A DNA stretch of 53,315 bases from Cyanobacteriota bacterium (lineage in GTDB: Bacteria > Cyanobacteriota > Cyanobacteriia > Cyanobacteriales > Nostocaceae). The notes beneath the pieces were generated by a model, which saw nothing but the letters and a program-made list of their open reading frames with translations, did no database searches and was not told the DNA's origin. The stretch spans positions 1 to 53,315 of the forward strand of contig JBJOKS010000030.1 in NCBI GenBank assembly GCA_046045965.1, read 5' to 3'. Made by a program: the position numbers and the translations under genes. Positions 1 to 10,021 of the stretch are shown piece after piece. Position 1 is the stretch's first letter, and each line of letters opens with the position of its first letter.

Positions 1-155
1 GTTATGGTCAGAAAGATCCTCTGATTGAGTATAAGAGTGAGGGTTATGAGTTGTTCTTGGATATGATGGTGAATATCCGCCGTGATGTGGTTTATTCGCT
101 GTTTATGTTCCAGCCTCAACCTCAGCCAACGGTGCAGACTTCAGAGATGGTTTAA
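1..155 (+). CDS. secA: Preprotein translocase SecA, 3' end (partial)
   Basis: Frame 3 reads [39 protein letters not shown]...EMV then TAA at 153-155; YGQKDPLxEYK is the SecA C-terminal signature. Confidence 0.95.
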   Translation, partial: YGQKDPLIEYKSEGYELFLDMMVNIRRDVVYSLFMFQPQPQPTVQTSEMV

Positions 156-164
156 GGGTTTTTT

Positions 165-310
165 CACGCAGAGGAGGACACTTGCATGGGCGGGTTTCCC
201 GACTTGTGCAAAGTGTCCGTCACGCAGAGGCGCAGAGAGTCGTTTTCTGCGTCTTTTGTTTTAGGAGGATTGAACCACGAAGAAGCGAAGGACACGAAGG
301 AAGAGGAGGA
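165..310. repeat. Small dispersed repeats: hairpin ggacacttgca...tgcaaagtgtcc flanked by cacgcagagg copies, plus a gaaccacgaag-type repeat
   Basis: Inverted repeat at about 175-218 between two cacgcagagg copies; related cgcagag/cgaagg runs recur at 6585-6616, 23228-23268 and 25346-25369. Confidence 0.6.
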
Positions 311-350
311 AGAAGAGATTTGAGCTAGGATAGGAGGAAAGGGGGTTTTT

Positions 351-602
351 ATGATTTATCTTTCTGCTAGTGAGGTAAAACGGAATTTTGCAGAGTTTTT
401 AGATCAAGCTCAGAAAGAACCTGTTACTATTCAGGGTCAAGATGAAGATTTGGTGGTGGTGCTTTCTGTGTCTGAGTATCAAAGAATTAAAGGGTTATTG
501 AAAAGGGAGTTTCAGGAGTTTTGTGATCAAGTTGGAAAAGAGGCTGAAGCTAAGGGAATGACTGAAGAAAAGCTAAATGATATTCTTAACAGTGATGAAT
601 GA
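351..602 (+). CDS. Phd/YefM-family antitoxin
   Basis: N-terminus SASEVKRNFAEFLDQAQKEPVTI...VVVLSVSEY is the Phd/YefM pattern; RBS aggagg upstream. Confidence 0.85.
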   Translation: MIYLSASEVKRNFAEFLDQAQKEPVTIQGQDEDLVVVLSVSEYQRIKGLLKREFQEFCDQVGKEAEAKGMTEEKLNDILNSDE

Positions 603-1554
603 GTTAAGAATTGTTATGGACAAGTCAGAGGAATATCATAAAAGTTTGAATGTGCTTATCGACGCAGAAATAGCCATTTTGTACCGTGAATACAAATATT
701 CGCCTGTACCTCAAAAAAAATTAGACGCTAATAAAATAATAATTGAAGGCCCATATGCCCCATTTAGTGCTTTTGTACAAGCTACAAACGACTATATCGA
801 ACATTACTTACTGCCTCTTATTGATTTGATCATCGAGAGAATTTCCGAAATTAGAATAGAAAATCGACTCCCATTTCAAACAGAGGACACAAAATTGCTC
901 AAAGCTATCAAGAACATTGTCCTAGAGGAGTGGGAATTTGCCATTTACTCTGGTTACTGTATCAGCAGCTCCCATGTATTATACCATAATATGGGACATA
1001 CCCCCACATACAAGGATAGAGAATTAAGTGAGTATAAAGAACGTCAACTCAAAGAACAACCATCAGAGCTTCTAGAAATGGTCTCCGACAAAGTGAAGAA
1101 GATAGTAGGGGAAACTAATTTAAGAATTAAAAAGATGAACGAAATTGATGCCCAAACCCCACGCAAAAAGCCTGAAGAGATAGATAGAGGGAGTATCTAT
1201 ATTGATAGAATTGAAACATACATCGAGGAGATTTCATACATGGGCGATCAAATACAAGTAAATGGATCCGAAAATCATATTATCAACCGTTCAATTTTTC
1301 AGCATGCTTTCAACAAAGTCAAAGCTGATTATGATGACGAAACGGCTAACGCCATTAAGCGTGTGGCAGAAGAGATCAATAAGTCTGGCAATAAAGAAGC
1401 TGCTGAAAACTTTGAAGCATTCAGCGAAGAACTGTCAAAGCCGCAACCGAAGAAGTCTTTGCTTAAAAGTTTATGGGAAGGTACGTTATCCGCATTACCA
1501 ACATTGGCTCAAACGTCTAGCGTAGTAAGCCTCATTGTGAGATTGTTTAATTGA
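595..1554 (+). CDS. Hypothetical protein; first residues (MNELRIVMD) resemble a PIN-toxin start
   Basis: Long ORF overlapping the antitoxin stop; likely start at ATG 595 or 616; helical C-terminal domain; no PIN catalytic motif follows. Confidence 0.65.
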   Translation: MNELRIVMDKSEEYHKSLNVLIDAEIAILYREYKYSPVPQKKLDANKIIIEGPYAPFSAFVQATNDYIEHYLLPLIDLIIERISEIRIENRLPFQTEDTKLLKAIKNIVLEEWEFAIYSGYCISSSHVLYHNMGHTPTYKDRELSEYKERQLKEQPSELLEMVSDKVKKIVGETNLRIKKMNEIDAQTPRKKPEEIDRGSIYIDRIETYIEEISYMGDQIQVNGSENHIINRSIFQHAFNKVKADYDDETANAIKRVAEEINKSGNKEAAENFEAFSEELSKPQPKKSLLKSLWEGTLSALPTLAQTSSVVSLIVRLFN

Positions 1555-1935
1555 TTCACACAAGCAGTTCGTTACCAGACAGTTCCAACAATTACTCACC
1601 CAGTTTTACACTGTAACCCACATTCCGCACCCTCCAGTGTCAAAATCGGTAATCTCGGATTTTTGAACCTATTTAATGATTATTTTTATACAAAATAGTC
1701 TATATTTTAGGTGACGATAGCCTATTACAAATCTCCAAATGACCAATTTTAGTTGTGTGACAATTTAGGGTGTGGAAGGTAGGCTGTAAGAGGGTCTTAC
1801 ACCACCCGTAACAGGTTAAAAAAAGTGCATTTTGTCAATCAGTTAACCTTTATCAGATGACGATTTAGTGTGGAATGCTAAAGAACTTTTTGTAGAATTA
1901 GAACAACAATAAACAAATATTCAAATCTTAATGTT

Positions 1936-2175
1936 ATGACTTCCATTAATTTACAATTATCATCTGATTTAATTCACGAAGGTGAGCAAGCTATTCGTAA
2001 AGAATTAGCTTTACAATTGTATGAGCAAAATATCTTTACTTTTGGACAAGCGCGACGTTTAGCTAATTTATCTGTTTGGGAATTTCAGCAGCTTTTAGGA
2101 AACAGGAAAATTCAACGACATTATACTGAAGTTGATTTACTGGAAGATGTTAAGACCATTCAAGAAGGTTTTTAA
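1936..2175 (+). CDS. UPF0175-family antitoxin-like protein
   Basis: ELALQLYEQNIFTFGQARRLANLSVWEFQQLL...HY...DL motif; directly upstream of a PIN gene. Confidence 0.85.
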   Translation: MTSINLQLSSDLIHEGEQAIRKELALQLYEQNIFTFGQARRLANLSVWEFQQLLGNRKIQRHYTEVDLLEDVKTIQEGF

Positions 2176-2180
2176 TAATT

Positions 2181-2669
2181 GTGACTGTTATTTGCAATGC
2201 TACACCTTTAATTAATTTTGCTGCTATTAATCGTCTGGATATTTTAAAAGATGTATTTGGAGAAGTTCTAATTCCCCAAGCAGTTTATGATGAAACAACA
2301 GTTTCAGGTTATCTATGGTCACAATTTATTTTACAGGCTGTTGCTTCTGGATGGCTACAAGTTCGCAATGTTTCAAATATAGACCCTATTATTTCCCCAG
2401 AACTAGACGATGGAGAACGAGAAGCTATTGCTTTAGCTCTTGAAACTGGTATACATAAAATTTTGTTAGATGAACAGGACGCTCGCAAAGTAGCTCAAAG
2501 TGTAGGATTGCGATTAATTGGGACTCTTGGGATTCTTTTATTAGCTAAAGAAAAACAGATTATTGATGAAATAAAACCGCTACTTGATGCGATGATTGAT
2601 GTGGCTCAATATTGGGTAAATGCAAAGTTGTATGAACAAGTTTTAAAGCAAGCAGGAGAGTTAATCTAA
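2181..2669 (+). CDS. DUF3368-type PIN-domain (VapC-like) toxin
   Basis: VICNATPLI, IPQAVYDE, LDDGEREAIALA, LLDEQDAR and GTLGILL motifs. Confidence 0.88.
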   Translation: MTVICNATPLINFAAINRLDILKDVFGEVLIPQAVYDETTVSGYLWSQFILQAVASGWLQVRNVSNIDPIISPELDDGEREAIALALETGIHKILLDEQDARKVAQSVGLRLIGTLGILLLAKEKQIIDEIKPLLDAMIDVAQYWVNAKLYEQVLKQAGELI

Positions 2670-2736
2670 TTATTGAGCTATACTTAAATTAAGTATAATA
2701 AATTTAGTTAAAATGAGAAGAAAAAAATAAATAATC

Positions 2737-3054
2737 ATGACAGAAAATATTGAAATAAAAACCAGTAGCGGTAACGTATTTGTTGATTTAAATTTACCCA
2801 ACCCAGACGAAATGCTAGTCAAAGCAGAATTAGTTCGTAAAATTAGTAACGCTATCACTACTCGTCATATCACCCAAGCAGAAGCGGCTGAATTATTAGG
2901 AATTGATCAACCAAAGGTTTCTGCTTTAATGAGAGGAAGACTTACAGGTTTTTCGCTAGAAAGAATGTTTAAATTTCTGAATACTTTGGGAATTGATGTA
3001 GAAATTACCGTCAAACCTAAATCGAGAGATAATGCACGGATAACTGTAGTTTAA
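2737..3054 (+). CDS. XRE-family HTH (HTH_37/HigA-like) antitoxin or regulator
   Basis: SSGNVFVDL...TQAEAAELLGIDQPKVSALMRG...FSLERM pattern. Confidence 0.88.
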   Translation: MTENIEIKTSSGNVFVDLNLPNPDEMLVKAELVRKISNAITTRHITQAEAAELLGIDQPKVSALMRGRLTGFSLERMFKFLNTLGIDVEITVKPKSRDNARITVV

Positions 3055-3131
3055 TTTACTTTCTTATGACTTATCCCCACCTCCTGATTTTCAGAGACGG
3101 GGACATAATCATTATTAATTAAATGATTTCC

Positions 3132-3338
3132 TTAACGCGATGGATTACCCTGATTAGGACTACCCGCTACATTATCCTCACCAGCTGCTTCTGGTTTAGC
3201 GGTTTCTCTAGCTTGACTTTCTTCAGCAGTACCAGTTTTGCGAATATCCTCTTGTAGAGGAGTTTGATAACCACCAGAAGCAGCTGGTGTACTTTCTTTC
3301 TGTTCAGATTTTGATTGTTTTTTTGATTTGGAACTCAT
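3132..3338 (-). CDS. Small hydrophilic hypothetical protein
   Basis: 68-aa ATG-started ORF with ggag upstream; no motif recognised. Confidence 0.6.
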   Translation of the reverse strand: MSSKSKKQSKSEQKESTPAASGGYQTPLQEDIRKTGTAEESQARETAKPEAAGEDNVAGSPNQGNPSR

Positions 3339-3477
3339 GAAGTAAATAAACTCCGATTAATCTGCGTTTTATCTTAATAATTTAAGAATCACAAATTTAT
3401 CTATCTTCAGTATTGTTTTAACATCTATCACTTAATACTCATAGGAATAGGAAAAATTAACTAACTTATATCTAAAG

Positions 3478-3582
<105 letters not shown>

Positions 3583-3760
3583 TTAAAAACAAATGACTTA
3601 TGATGAATTATCTTCTTACCAATGGGGGATTTTCTGCTTTATTCCTTTGTGTACTTTGCGGTTAATCAAGAAAAAATTTGTCACCCACACTGAAACCGAA
3701 CTAATTCACCTCGTTTTATGGTAAAAATTAAATTGATCCAAAAAAACATCACTATTAATC

Positions 3761-4558
3761 ATGAGTTTAATTTGGCAAGTTGATTTTTATCGCAGTCCCC
3801 AAAAAGATGCAGCAGAACAGGTATTATGGGATCTGTTGATTTGTGATCCAAATCGCAGTTTTGAATATATCGCTACCTGTCCCCAGTCTCAAGCAAATTC
3901 AAATTGGTTAACAGAACATTTTAAGTTAGCAGCAGGGGAAAAATTACCAGATTTAATTCAGGTTTTTCGACCCCAATCTTTAAGTTTAATTACAGCAGCA
4001 GCAAATAATTTAGGTATACAAATTGAAGCTACCCGTCGCACTCAAGCATTAAAACAATGGTTACAAGAAAAGCAATATTCCTTAGTTATTGATAAACCAC
4101 CACCAGCACCATTACCAGAAAATCTCTGGGGTGAAGAATGGCAGTTTGCAAATATTCAAGCTGGTGATATTATTGATGAGTTTGCAGATCGTCCGATTCC
4201 GGTTTTACAAATCCCAGAATTTCTCCAACCAATTAATTTAGGTTTAGCTTCAACTGTTCCTATTCCCGGTGTAATCATTTATGGTGGTAGACAATGTTTG
4301 CGTTTAGCAAGATGGTTACAAGAAACCAACCCTGTGAGTTTAAATTATATTCCTGGTTCACCTGATGGTTTAATTTTAGAAGCAGGTTTAGCAGATAGAT
4401 GGGTTTTGGCAACTTTTGAAGATGCAGAAGTAAAAGCAGCAGCGAAAGTTTATGAACAACGTAAACAATTAAGTAAAGGATTGCATTTTTTATTAGTGCA
4501 ACCTGATCATTCAGGAGTGACCTTTACTGGTTTTTGGTTGTTACAGGAGGAAAATTAA
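3761..4558 (+). CDS. Tab2/Atab2-family RNA-binding protein
   Basis: WQVDFYRSP, CPQSQANSNWL, FRPQSL, PPPAPLPENLWGEEWQFA, LILEAGLADRW and GLHFLLVQPD motifs. Confidence 0.9.
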   Translation: MSLIWQVDFYRSPQKDAAEQVLWDLLICDPNRSFEYIATCPQSQANSNWLTEHFKLAAGEKLPDLIQVFRPQSLSLITAAANNLGIQIEATRRTQALKQWLQEKQYSLVIDKPPPAPLPENLWGEEWQFANIQAGDIIDEFADRPIPVLQIPEFLQPINLGLASTVPIPGVIIYGGRQCLRLARWLQETNPVSLNYIPGSPDGLILEAGLADRWVLATFEDAEVKAAAKVYEQRKQLSKGLHFLLVQPDHSGVTFTGFWLLQEEN

Positions 4559-4638
4559 AGTTATTTAAAAAAATTTAAAATTATTGTTGATGCTCCCAAA
4601 TATTCTGACTCCTGACTCCTGACTCCTAAAATCTGAAA

Positions 4639-5442
4639 TTATTTCCTCAATTCGTGCATACTTCTGACAATTTTGGTAACTATATTTCTAGGTGCAAATC
4701 TTACGGATCTGGCTAATATCTGATTTCTAATTCCGGGAATAGCAATGGTTTTATTTGCCATTAAACTATCATAACCAATTTTAGCCACAGTTTCAGTTGT
4801 CATCATTCTATTAACATGAGAAATTTTTGATTCTTCCATTGCTGCGGATTTTTGAAATTTGGATGCAGTAGGACCTGGACAAAGTGCGGTTACAGTGACA
4901 CCCGTACCTTCTAATTCATTGGCGATCGCCTCTGAAAATGATAACACATAAGCTTTACTCGCAAAATAAACCGCCATCAAAGGACCAGGTTGAAAAGCTG
5001 CAACAGAAGCAACATTTAATATCTTCCCAGATCCTTGACTAATCATATCCTTAACGAATAATTTAGTTAAATGGGTAAGACTTACAATGTTAATTTGTAA
5101 CAATTTTAGTTCTTGTGTTAGGTCAGTTTCGCTAAATACTCCATAAGTACCAATTCCCGCATTATTCACTAATACATCAATCTTAATTCCTTCTTGTTGT
5201 AATTCTGTAAATATTTCATCGGGAGATGTGGATACAGATAAATCTTTAACTAAAATCTTCACATCAACACCAAATTTTTGCCTAAATTCTTCAGAAATTA
5301 TTGCTAAATTTTCTGCATCTATATCTATCAACACTAAATTGTAATGATGTCTAGCAAAAATATAAGCTAATTGATAGCCAATTCCCTGTGCTGAACCTGT
5401 AACAAGTACATTTTTTGGTCGAGCTTTATGTTGATATTCCAT
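4639..5442 (-). CDS. Short-chain dehydrogenase/reductase
   Basis: TGSAQGIG, NNAG and YFASK (YxxxK) motifs. Confidence 0.95.
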   Translation of the reverse strand: MEYQHKARPKNVLVTGSAQGIGYQLAYIFARHHYNLVLIDIDAENLAIISEEFRQKFGVDVKILVKDLSVSTSPDEIFTELQQEGIKIDVLVNNAGIGTYGVFSETDLTQELKLLQINIVSLTHLTKLFVKDMISQGSGKILNVASVAAFQPGPLMAVYFASKAYVLSFSEAIANELEGTGVTVTALCPGPTASKFQKSAAMEESKISHVNRMMTTETVAKIGYDSLMANKTIAIPGIRNQILARSVRFAPRNIVTKIVRSMHELRK

Positions 5443-5647
5443 TTGTTTTAATAATAAATTTTACTTCCATTTAGCGAAATTGTTATGAAAATACCATTAT
5501 GCAAAATGAATTTTGTAGCAGTTATATTAACTTTATGAGTCATCAATTTTAAAATCTGTCTTATTTGATTCATTATTGATTGACAAATGTTTATAAATCA
5601 TGAAATACTAATTATTGTTTTCATTAATTGTTTAATTAAATACAGAT

Positions 5648-6541
5648 ATGCAAGCAAGTTTTTTAAGTGCAGTTGTTCTACCTCTATCCTTAGCGATTAT
5701 TATGTTAGGGATGGGATTATCTCTTGTACCAGAAGATTTCCAACGAGTAACAAAATACCCGAAAGCAGTCGCTATTGGTTTGTTCAGTCAATTAATTTTG
5801 TTACCGATTATTGGTTTGATCATTGCTAAAGTTGTACCGATGCAACCTGTAATTGCAATGGGGTTAATGATAGTTGCATTGTGTCCAGGGGGAGTATCAT
5901 CAAATATTATTACATTTCTTGCAAAGGGTGATGTTGCACTTTCAGTCACTCTCACTGCTTTTAGTAGTGTAATTACAGTGTTGACAATTCCCATTTTTGG
6001 CAACCTTGCATATCAACATTTTATAGGTGAATCTGCTACTATTGCTTTACCTATTTTACCGACAATATTACAAATTTTCATCATGACTATTGTTCCTATT
6101 TCCATAGGGATGATAGTTAGAAAGTTGTTTCCTCAATTTGCTATTTCTTTGGAAAAAGTCACCACCCGTCTCGCAGGAGGATTATTAGCTTTAATTATTC
6201 TTTTATTAGTTATTCGTGAGTGGGAAAAACTTCCTGGTTTTATTGTTCAAGTTGGTATTGGTGTTGTTTTGTTGAATACTATTTCTATGTCGCTAGGATT
6301 TTATTTGAGCAAACTTTTAAACCTGAAACCTGCTCAACAAATCTGTATTGCGATTGAAGTCGGGCTACAAAATGGTACACTGGCAATAGCTATTACTGCG
6401 GGAATTTTAAATAATCCTGATATGGCCATACCCGCAGCAGTTTACGCTTTATATATGAATGTTACAGGTTTTCTGGCTATTTTATATGGCAGAAAATTAG
6501 CTGCAAATCAATCTATTTCCAGAGGAGCATCTCAATTTTGA
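5648..6541 (+). CDS. Bile acid:sodium symporter (BASS) family transporter
   Basis: MLGMGLSL, CPGGVSSN, KGDVALSV and IEVGLQN motifs; multiple TM helices. Confidence 0.93.
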   Translation: MQASFLSAVVLPLSLAIIMLGMGLSLVPEDFQRVTKYPKAVAIGLFSQLILLPIIGLIIAKVVPMQPVIAMGLMIVALCPGGVSSNIITFLAKGDVALSVTLTAFSSVITVLTIPIFGNLAYQHFIGESATIALPILPTILQIFIMTIVPISIGMIVRKLFPQFAISLEKVTTRLAGGLLALIILLLVIREWEKLPGFIVQVGIGVVLLNTISMSLGFYLSKLLNLKPAQQICIAIEVGLQNGTLAIAITAGILNNPDMAIPAAVYALYMNVTGFLAILYGRKLAANQSISRGASQF

Positions 6542-6684
6542 AAAAATCAACTTAGCCACTCCAAAAACTCTCTAAAACTCTCTTACCTTTGTGTCCTTTG
6601 CGTCCTTTGCGGTTCAATTATATCAATCCTTAGAGCATTTTATTAGTTAGGTAAAAATCAACTTGTACATTTGGGATGCTTCCT

Positions 6685-7458
6685 TTATTTTTGTTGAGAG
6701 TTGACGTTTATCTGTGCTTGTTTATTGAGTAAAGGACGTAGATGATTTAACATAAAATTGGCGACAAAAAGATTACCTTGATCATTGAGATGAACTCCAT
6801 CACTGGTTAAAATACCTTTGTCAACTTTATCAGGATTATTGTTTTTAAGATACTGCTCAAACGCAGATCGCAAATCACACAAATGAGCGCCAGATGTGCG
6901 TGCTACTTTACGGGATATCTCTGCATATTCTATCAATAGCTGATTTACTGGTTTGCTGCTGTCAGGATCTTCCCCGATCACACTGGGGGTACATAAGGAT
7001 ACTTCAGATCCATTTTCCCGTATCTGTTTAATCAGATCCCGTAATCCTTGTTCAAATACCTGTCGCTGAGTTCCTGTTTCTTGTTTAAAACCGTAAAAAT
7101 GCCATACATCATTAACACCGATGTAGATGACAACATGAGTAGGACCCTTGGTGATCACATCTTTTTTTAATCGTGCTTGCAGGTTAGGTACTTTGTTTCC
7201 ATCAATACCAGATCCTATCACCTCAACGGTGGGGTTAGGATATTCTTTCTGTAAGGTGTCTCTGACAATTGTTACATAACCTTTTTGCTGATTACCTGCT
7301 CTGGTGATAGAATCACCAAAGAAGATGACGCGAGCAAATGTAGGTGTTAAGGTGCTGGTTTCTGGAGGTGCTTTTTCTTTGTTAAATTCCCTGATTAACC
7401 AGAATAGCAGTATAAGGATGGGTATTGGTAGCAGTAGGGTGAGTTTTTCGGTAATCAT
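6685..7458 (-). CDS. SGNH/GDSL hydrolase, membrane-anchored
   Basis: FFGDSIT, GVND and DGVHLN blocks; N-terminal hydrophobic anchor. Confidence 0.92.
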   Translation of the reverse strand: MITEKLTLLLPIPILILLFWLIREFNKEKAPPETSTLTPTFARVIFFGDSITRAGNQQKGYVTIVRDTLQKEYPNPTVEVIGSGIDGNKVPNLQARLKKDVITKGPTHVVIYIGVNDVWHFYGFKQETGTQRQVFEQGLRDLIKQIRENGSEVSLCTPSVIGEDPDSSKPVNQLLIEYAEISRKVARTSGAHLCDLRSAFEQYLKNNNPDKVDKGILTSDGVHLNDQGNLFVANFMLNHLRPLLNKQAQINVNSQQK

Positions 7459-7487
7459 ATTTAAACTTTAAACGAGGATTTGTTTTT

Positions 7488-9923
7488 TTATTTTTGCGGT
7501 GCTGTAAACCCAAATTTTGTAAACATCCAATGATACCATTCTTGATGAGTGGTAACAAAGGTTAATGCTGTTTCTAAATCAATATCTAAATCTTTGTTAT
7601 AAATACTAACAATTAAATCATAAATTAAATCAAATAAAATTCTATCTTGTTTATTGAATAAAATAAACTTCCCATTGCTGCTATTTTCTAGTTGTTTAAT
7701 TCTGTCTCTCCCCACTTTACCTGTAATTTCTGGTTGACGTTCATCTCTGATTAAAATAAACTGGGAATTAGGGTTATTAATAACTAATTGATTAAAATTA
7801 CCAATGCGAGTTGTAAAGGGAGTACCGCTAACTTCTAAAAATGCCATTACATGATATTTTGTTCCTCTTTCTATAACAATATGTTCTGGTAATACCTTTT
7901 TCCCAAAACGGTATTGTGTTAATTTGAATGACTGAATGTGAGTTAAAGCTTCAGCAATATTCCTCAATTTACCAATATCATCACCATCACTAATAATCGT
8001 TGCATTGTGATATTTATTTTCTAATTCTGCACGACGTTGTTTGAGATATTCAATTATTGGATTTTCCAAACTTCTAAAATTGACATCTTCACTCGGTGAA
8101 TAATTGGCTAAATTTGATAATTTATCCTGTAAGTTGCTAAAATCAGTAGTTTGAGAAAGTTGACTACCTTGAATTAATTGGTTTAAAACTTCTATGATGG
8201 TGTTTTGCTGTTGTTGTAAAAATTTTAATTGTTGTTCTATTTTTTCATTCTGATCTAATTCTCTAATTGCTTTTCTCTCATCTGGTAAAGGAATATTGTT
8301 CACTCGTAAATCATAATATTTAGCAGCACGGTTTAAAGCAGCACGAATGGGTGTTTTACTTAAAATATCCTCTAAGTCTTCAGATGCAAACAACTGTTCT
8401 AAGGAAATATCTAAAGTTTGCATTTTCACTTGGAGAATAGCTTTAATTTCTGCTTCTGTGGGTTGACGTAATGCAACTTGATATTGCGATATTCTTCCAA
8501 TAATAGATTGATCAAATGTTGTTTGCAACTTTTCCCATCTATCAGGAAATAAATTCAAAATAATTAAACTATTAGGAACATGAGTAAAAATCTCTTTTAT
8601 TGCTTCTCCAAAATTCCATAGAATATCTTGGTTGTGAGGAAGTCCTAAACCTTCTAATTGATCAAAAATAATAATTAGCGGTTCATCCAAAGTGGATAAT
8701 TTACCTAACACGGAAATTGCTTCTAAAGAAAATGCTTCTTTACTAATTTCCTCTCCCCAATTTGGTAAACCTACTTTTTCTGCTTCTTCCTCAGTTAACA
8801 TATTTCCTGCTAACCAACGAGTAGTAATATTTCTATAGTCATATTTTGTATAACTGCAATATTTCACCATTCCTTTAATGATAGATAATGCAAAACTTCC
8901 TGCTGCGTAATTATTCATCCACCATTCATTAATTGTCTTTTCTATATATTCCCAATATTCCCGTTTACGTTGAGTATTTTCTTTACCTAAAGCATTGATA
9001 TCATTATCTTCTAAATCATATAAAGCTTTTAAAATATCTATGTCTTTCTGTTTGACTTCTCTATCAGGTAAACTAACTATTTTTCTAAAGGTGTTAATCA
9101 TTAAAGAATCTAATTGATTTAAATTACCTACCTTTTCCACTAAAGATTCTAAAATTCTACTATAAATATGATAAAGTATAGATTGAGCATTATTAGGTTG
9201 ACGAATAAACAGTAATCTATTACTGGATAATCTTTCATGGGCAAGTCGCATCATTAAATGAGTTTTTCCTGTTCCTGGTTCTCCAATGACAACAACTCCT
9301 TTACTTTGATAATTGGGATCTAGTTTAATGTTATTTAATGCAGTTTGTAAAATCTGAAATTGTTGATGATATGTATCAGGATAGTCGGGATGATTTTGGA
9401 ACGGTGTATCAACGCGACTACTACTAAAGGGGTTAGGTTGTTTTTTGAGATTTTCTAATCTGATTCTTTGATAAAGATGATAGGTAAATATGGCATCATA
9501 ACGCGCACTATGCGCCATATCAGGATTAAAATATTGATGATTATAATCTTTCAGATTCAAATATTTACACAAATATTCTAAGGAATAACTGGCTAAATTT
9601 GGAAAACAGTCTTTAGCTAAAATCCAAGTACAATCAAATTGTAATTTAGGTTGTAAATTTTGCCAGGATAAACCAACTTGCTGGAAACTGCGTTTGAGGA
9701 TTTCTATATCATGTTCTGCATAGTGAAAGATGATTTTTTTATCTTCAACAATAGTCAAAAATTCTGTTAATAAGGTTTTCAAACTTTTGGTATTGAGAAC
9801 ATTTTGAAAACCATGATAACTACCATCACAAAAACCCTCATAAATTACCACACCTTGACTATCAACAATAGCTAACTCTGTGAGATATGGATTACCTTCC
9901 GTATCTAAAACAACAAAATTCAT
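7488..9923 (-). CDS. DEDDh 3'-5' exonuclease fused to a P-loop ATPase
   Basis: N-terminal LDTEG...HYAEHD...HSARYDA; Walker A GEPGTGKT; Walker B IIIFDQLE. Confidence 0.85.
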   Translation of the reverse strand: MNFVVLDTEGNPYLTELAIVDSQGVVIYEGFCDGSYHGFQNVLNTKSLKTLLTEFLTIVEDKKIIFHYAEHDIEILKRSFQQVGLSWQNLQPKLQFDCTWILAKDCFPNLASYSLEYLCKYLNLKDYNHQYFNPDMAHSARYDAIFTYHLYQRIRLENLKKQPNPFSSSRVDTPFQNHPDYPDTYHQQFQILQTALNNIKLDPNYQSKGVVVIGEPGTGKTHLMMRLAHERLSSNRLLFIRQPNNAQSILYHIYSRILESLVEKVGNLNQLDSLMINTFRKIVSLPDREVKQKDIDILKALYDLEDNDINALGKENTQRKREYWEYIEKTINEWWMNNYAAGSFALSIIKGMVKYCSYTKYDYRNITTRWLAGNMLTEEEAEKVGLPNWGEEISKEAFSLEAISVLGKLSTLDEPLIIIFDQLEGLGLPHNQDILWNFGEAIKEIFTHVPNSLIILNLFPDRWEKLQTTFDQSIIGRISQYQVALRQPTEAEIKAILQVKMQTLDISLEQLFASEDLEDILSKTPIRAALNRAAKYYDLRVNNIPLPDERKAIRELDQNEKIEQQLKFLQQQQNTIIEVLNQLIQGSQLSQTTDFSNLQDKLSNLANYSPSEDVNFRSLENPIIEYLKQRRAELENKYHNATIISDGDDIGKLRNIAEALTHIQSFKLTQYRFGKKVLPEHIVIERGTKYHVMAFLEVSGTPFTTRIGNFNQLVINNPNSQFILIRDERQPEITGKVGRDRIKQLENSSNGKFILFNKQDRILFDLIYDLIVSIYNKDLDIDLETALTFVTTHQEWYHWMFTKFGFTAPQK

Positions 9924-10021
9924 ATTGATTAAATTACGAATATTTTTTTAATGCTTGTGATAATTACATCATAACCTATGCAATAGTCGGTAGGCAATTA
10001 AACGGAGATTGCGTGAGAAAA

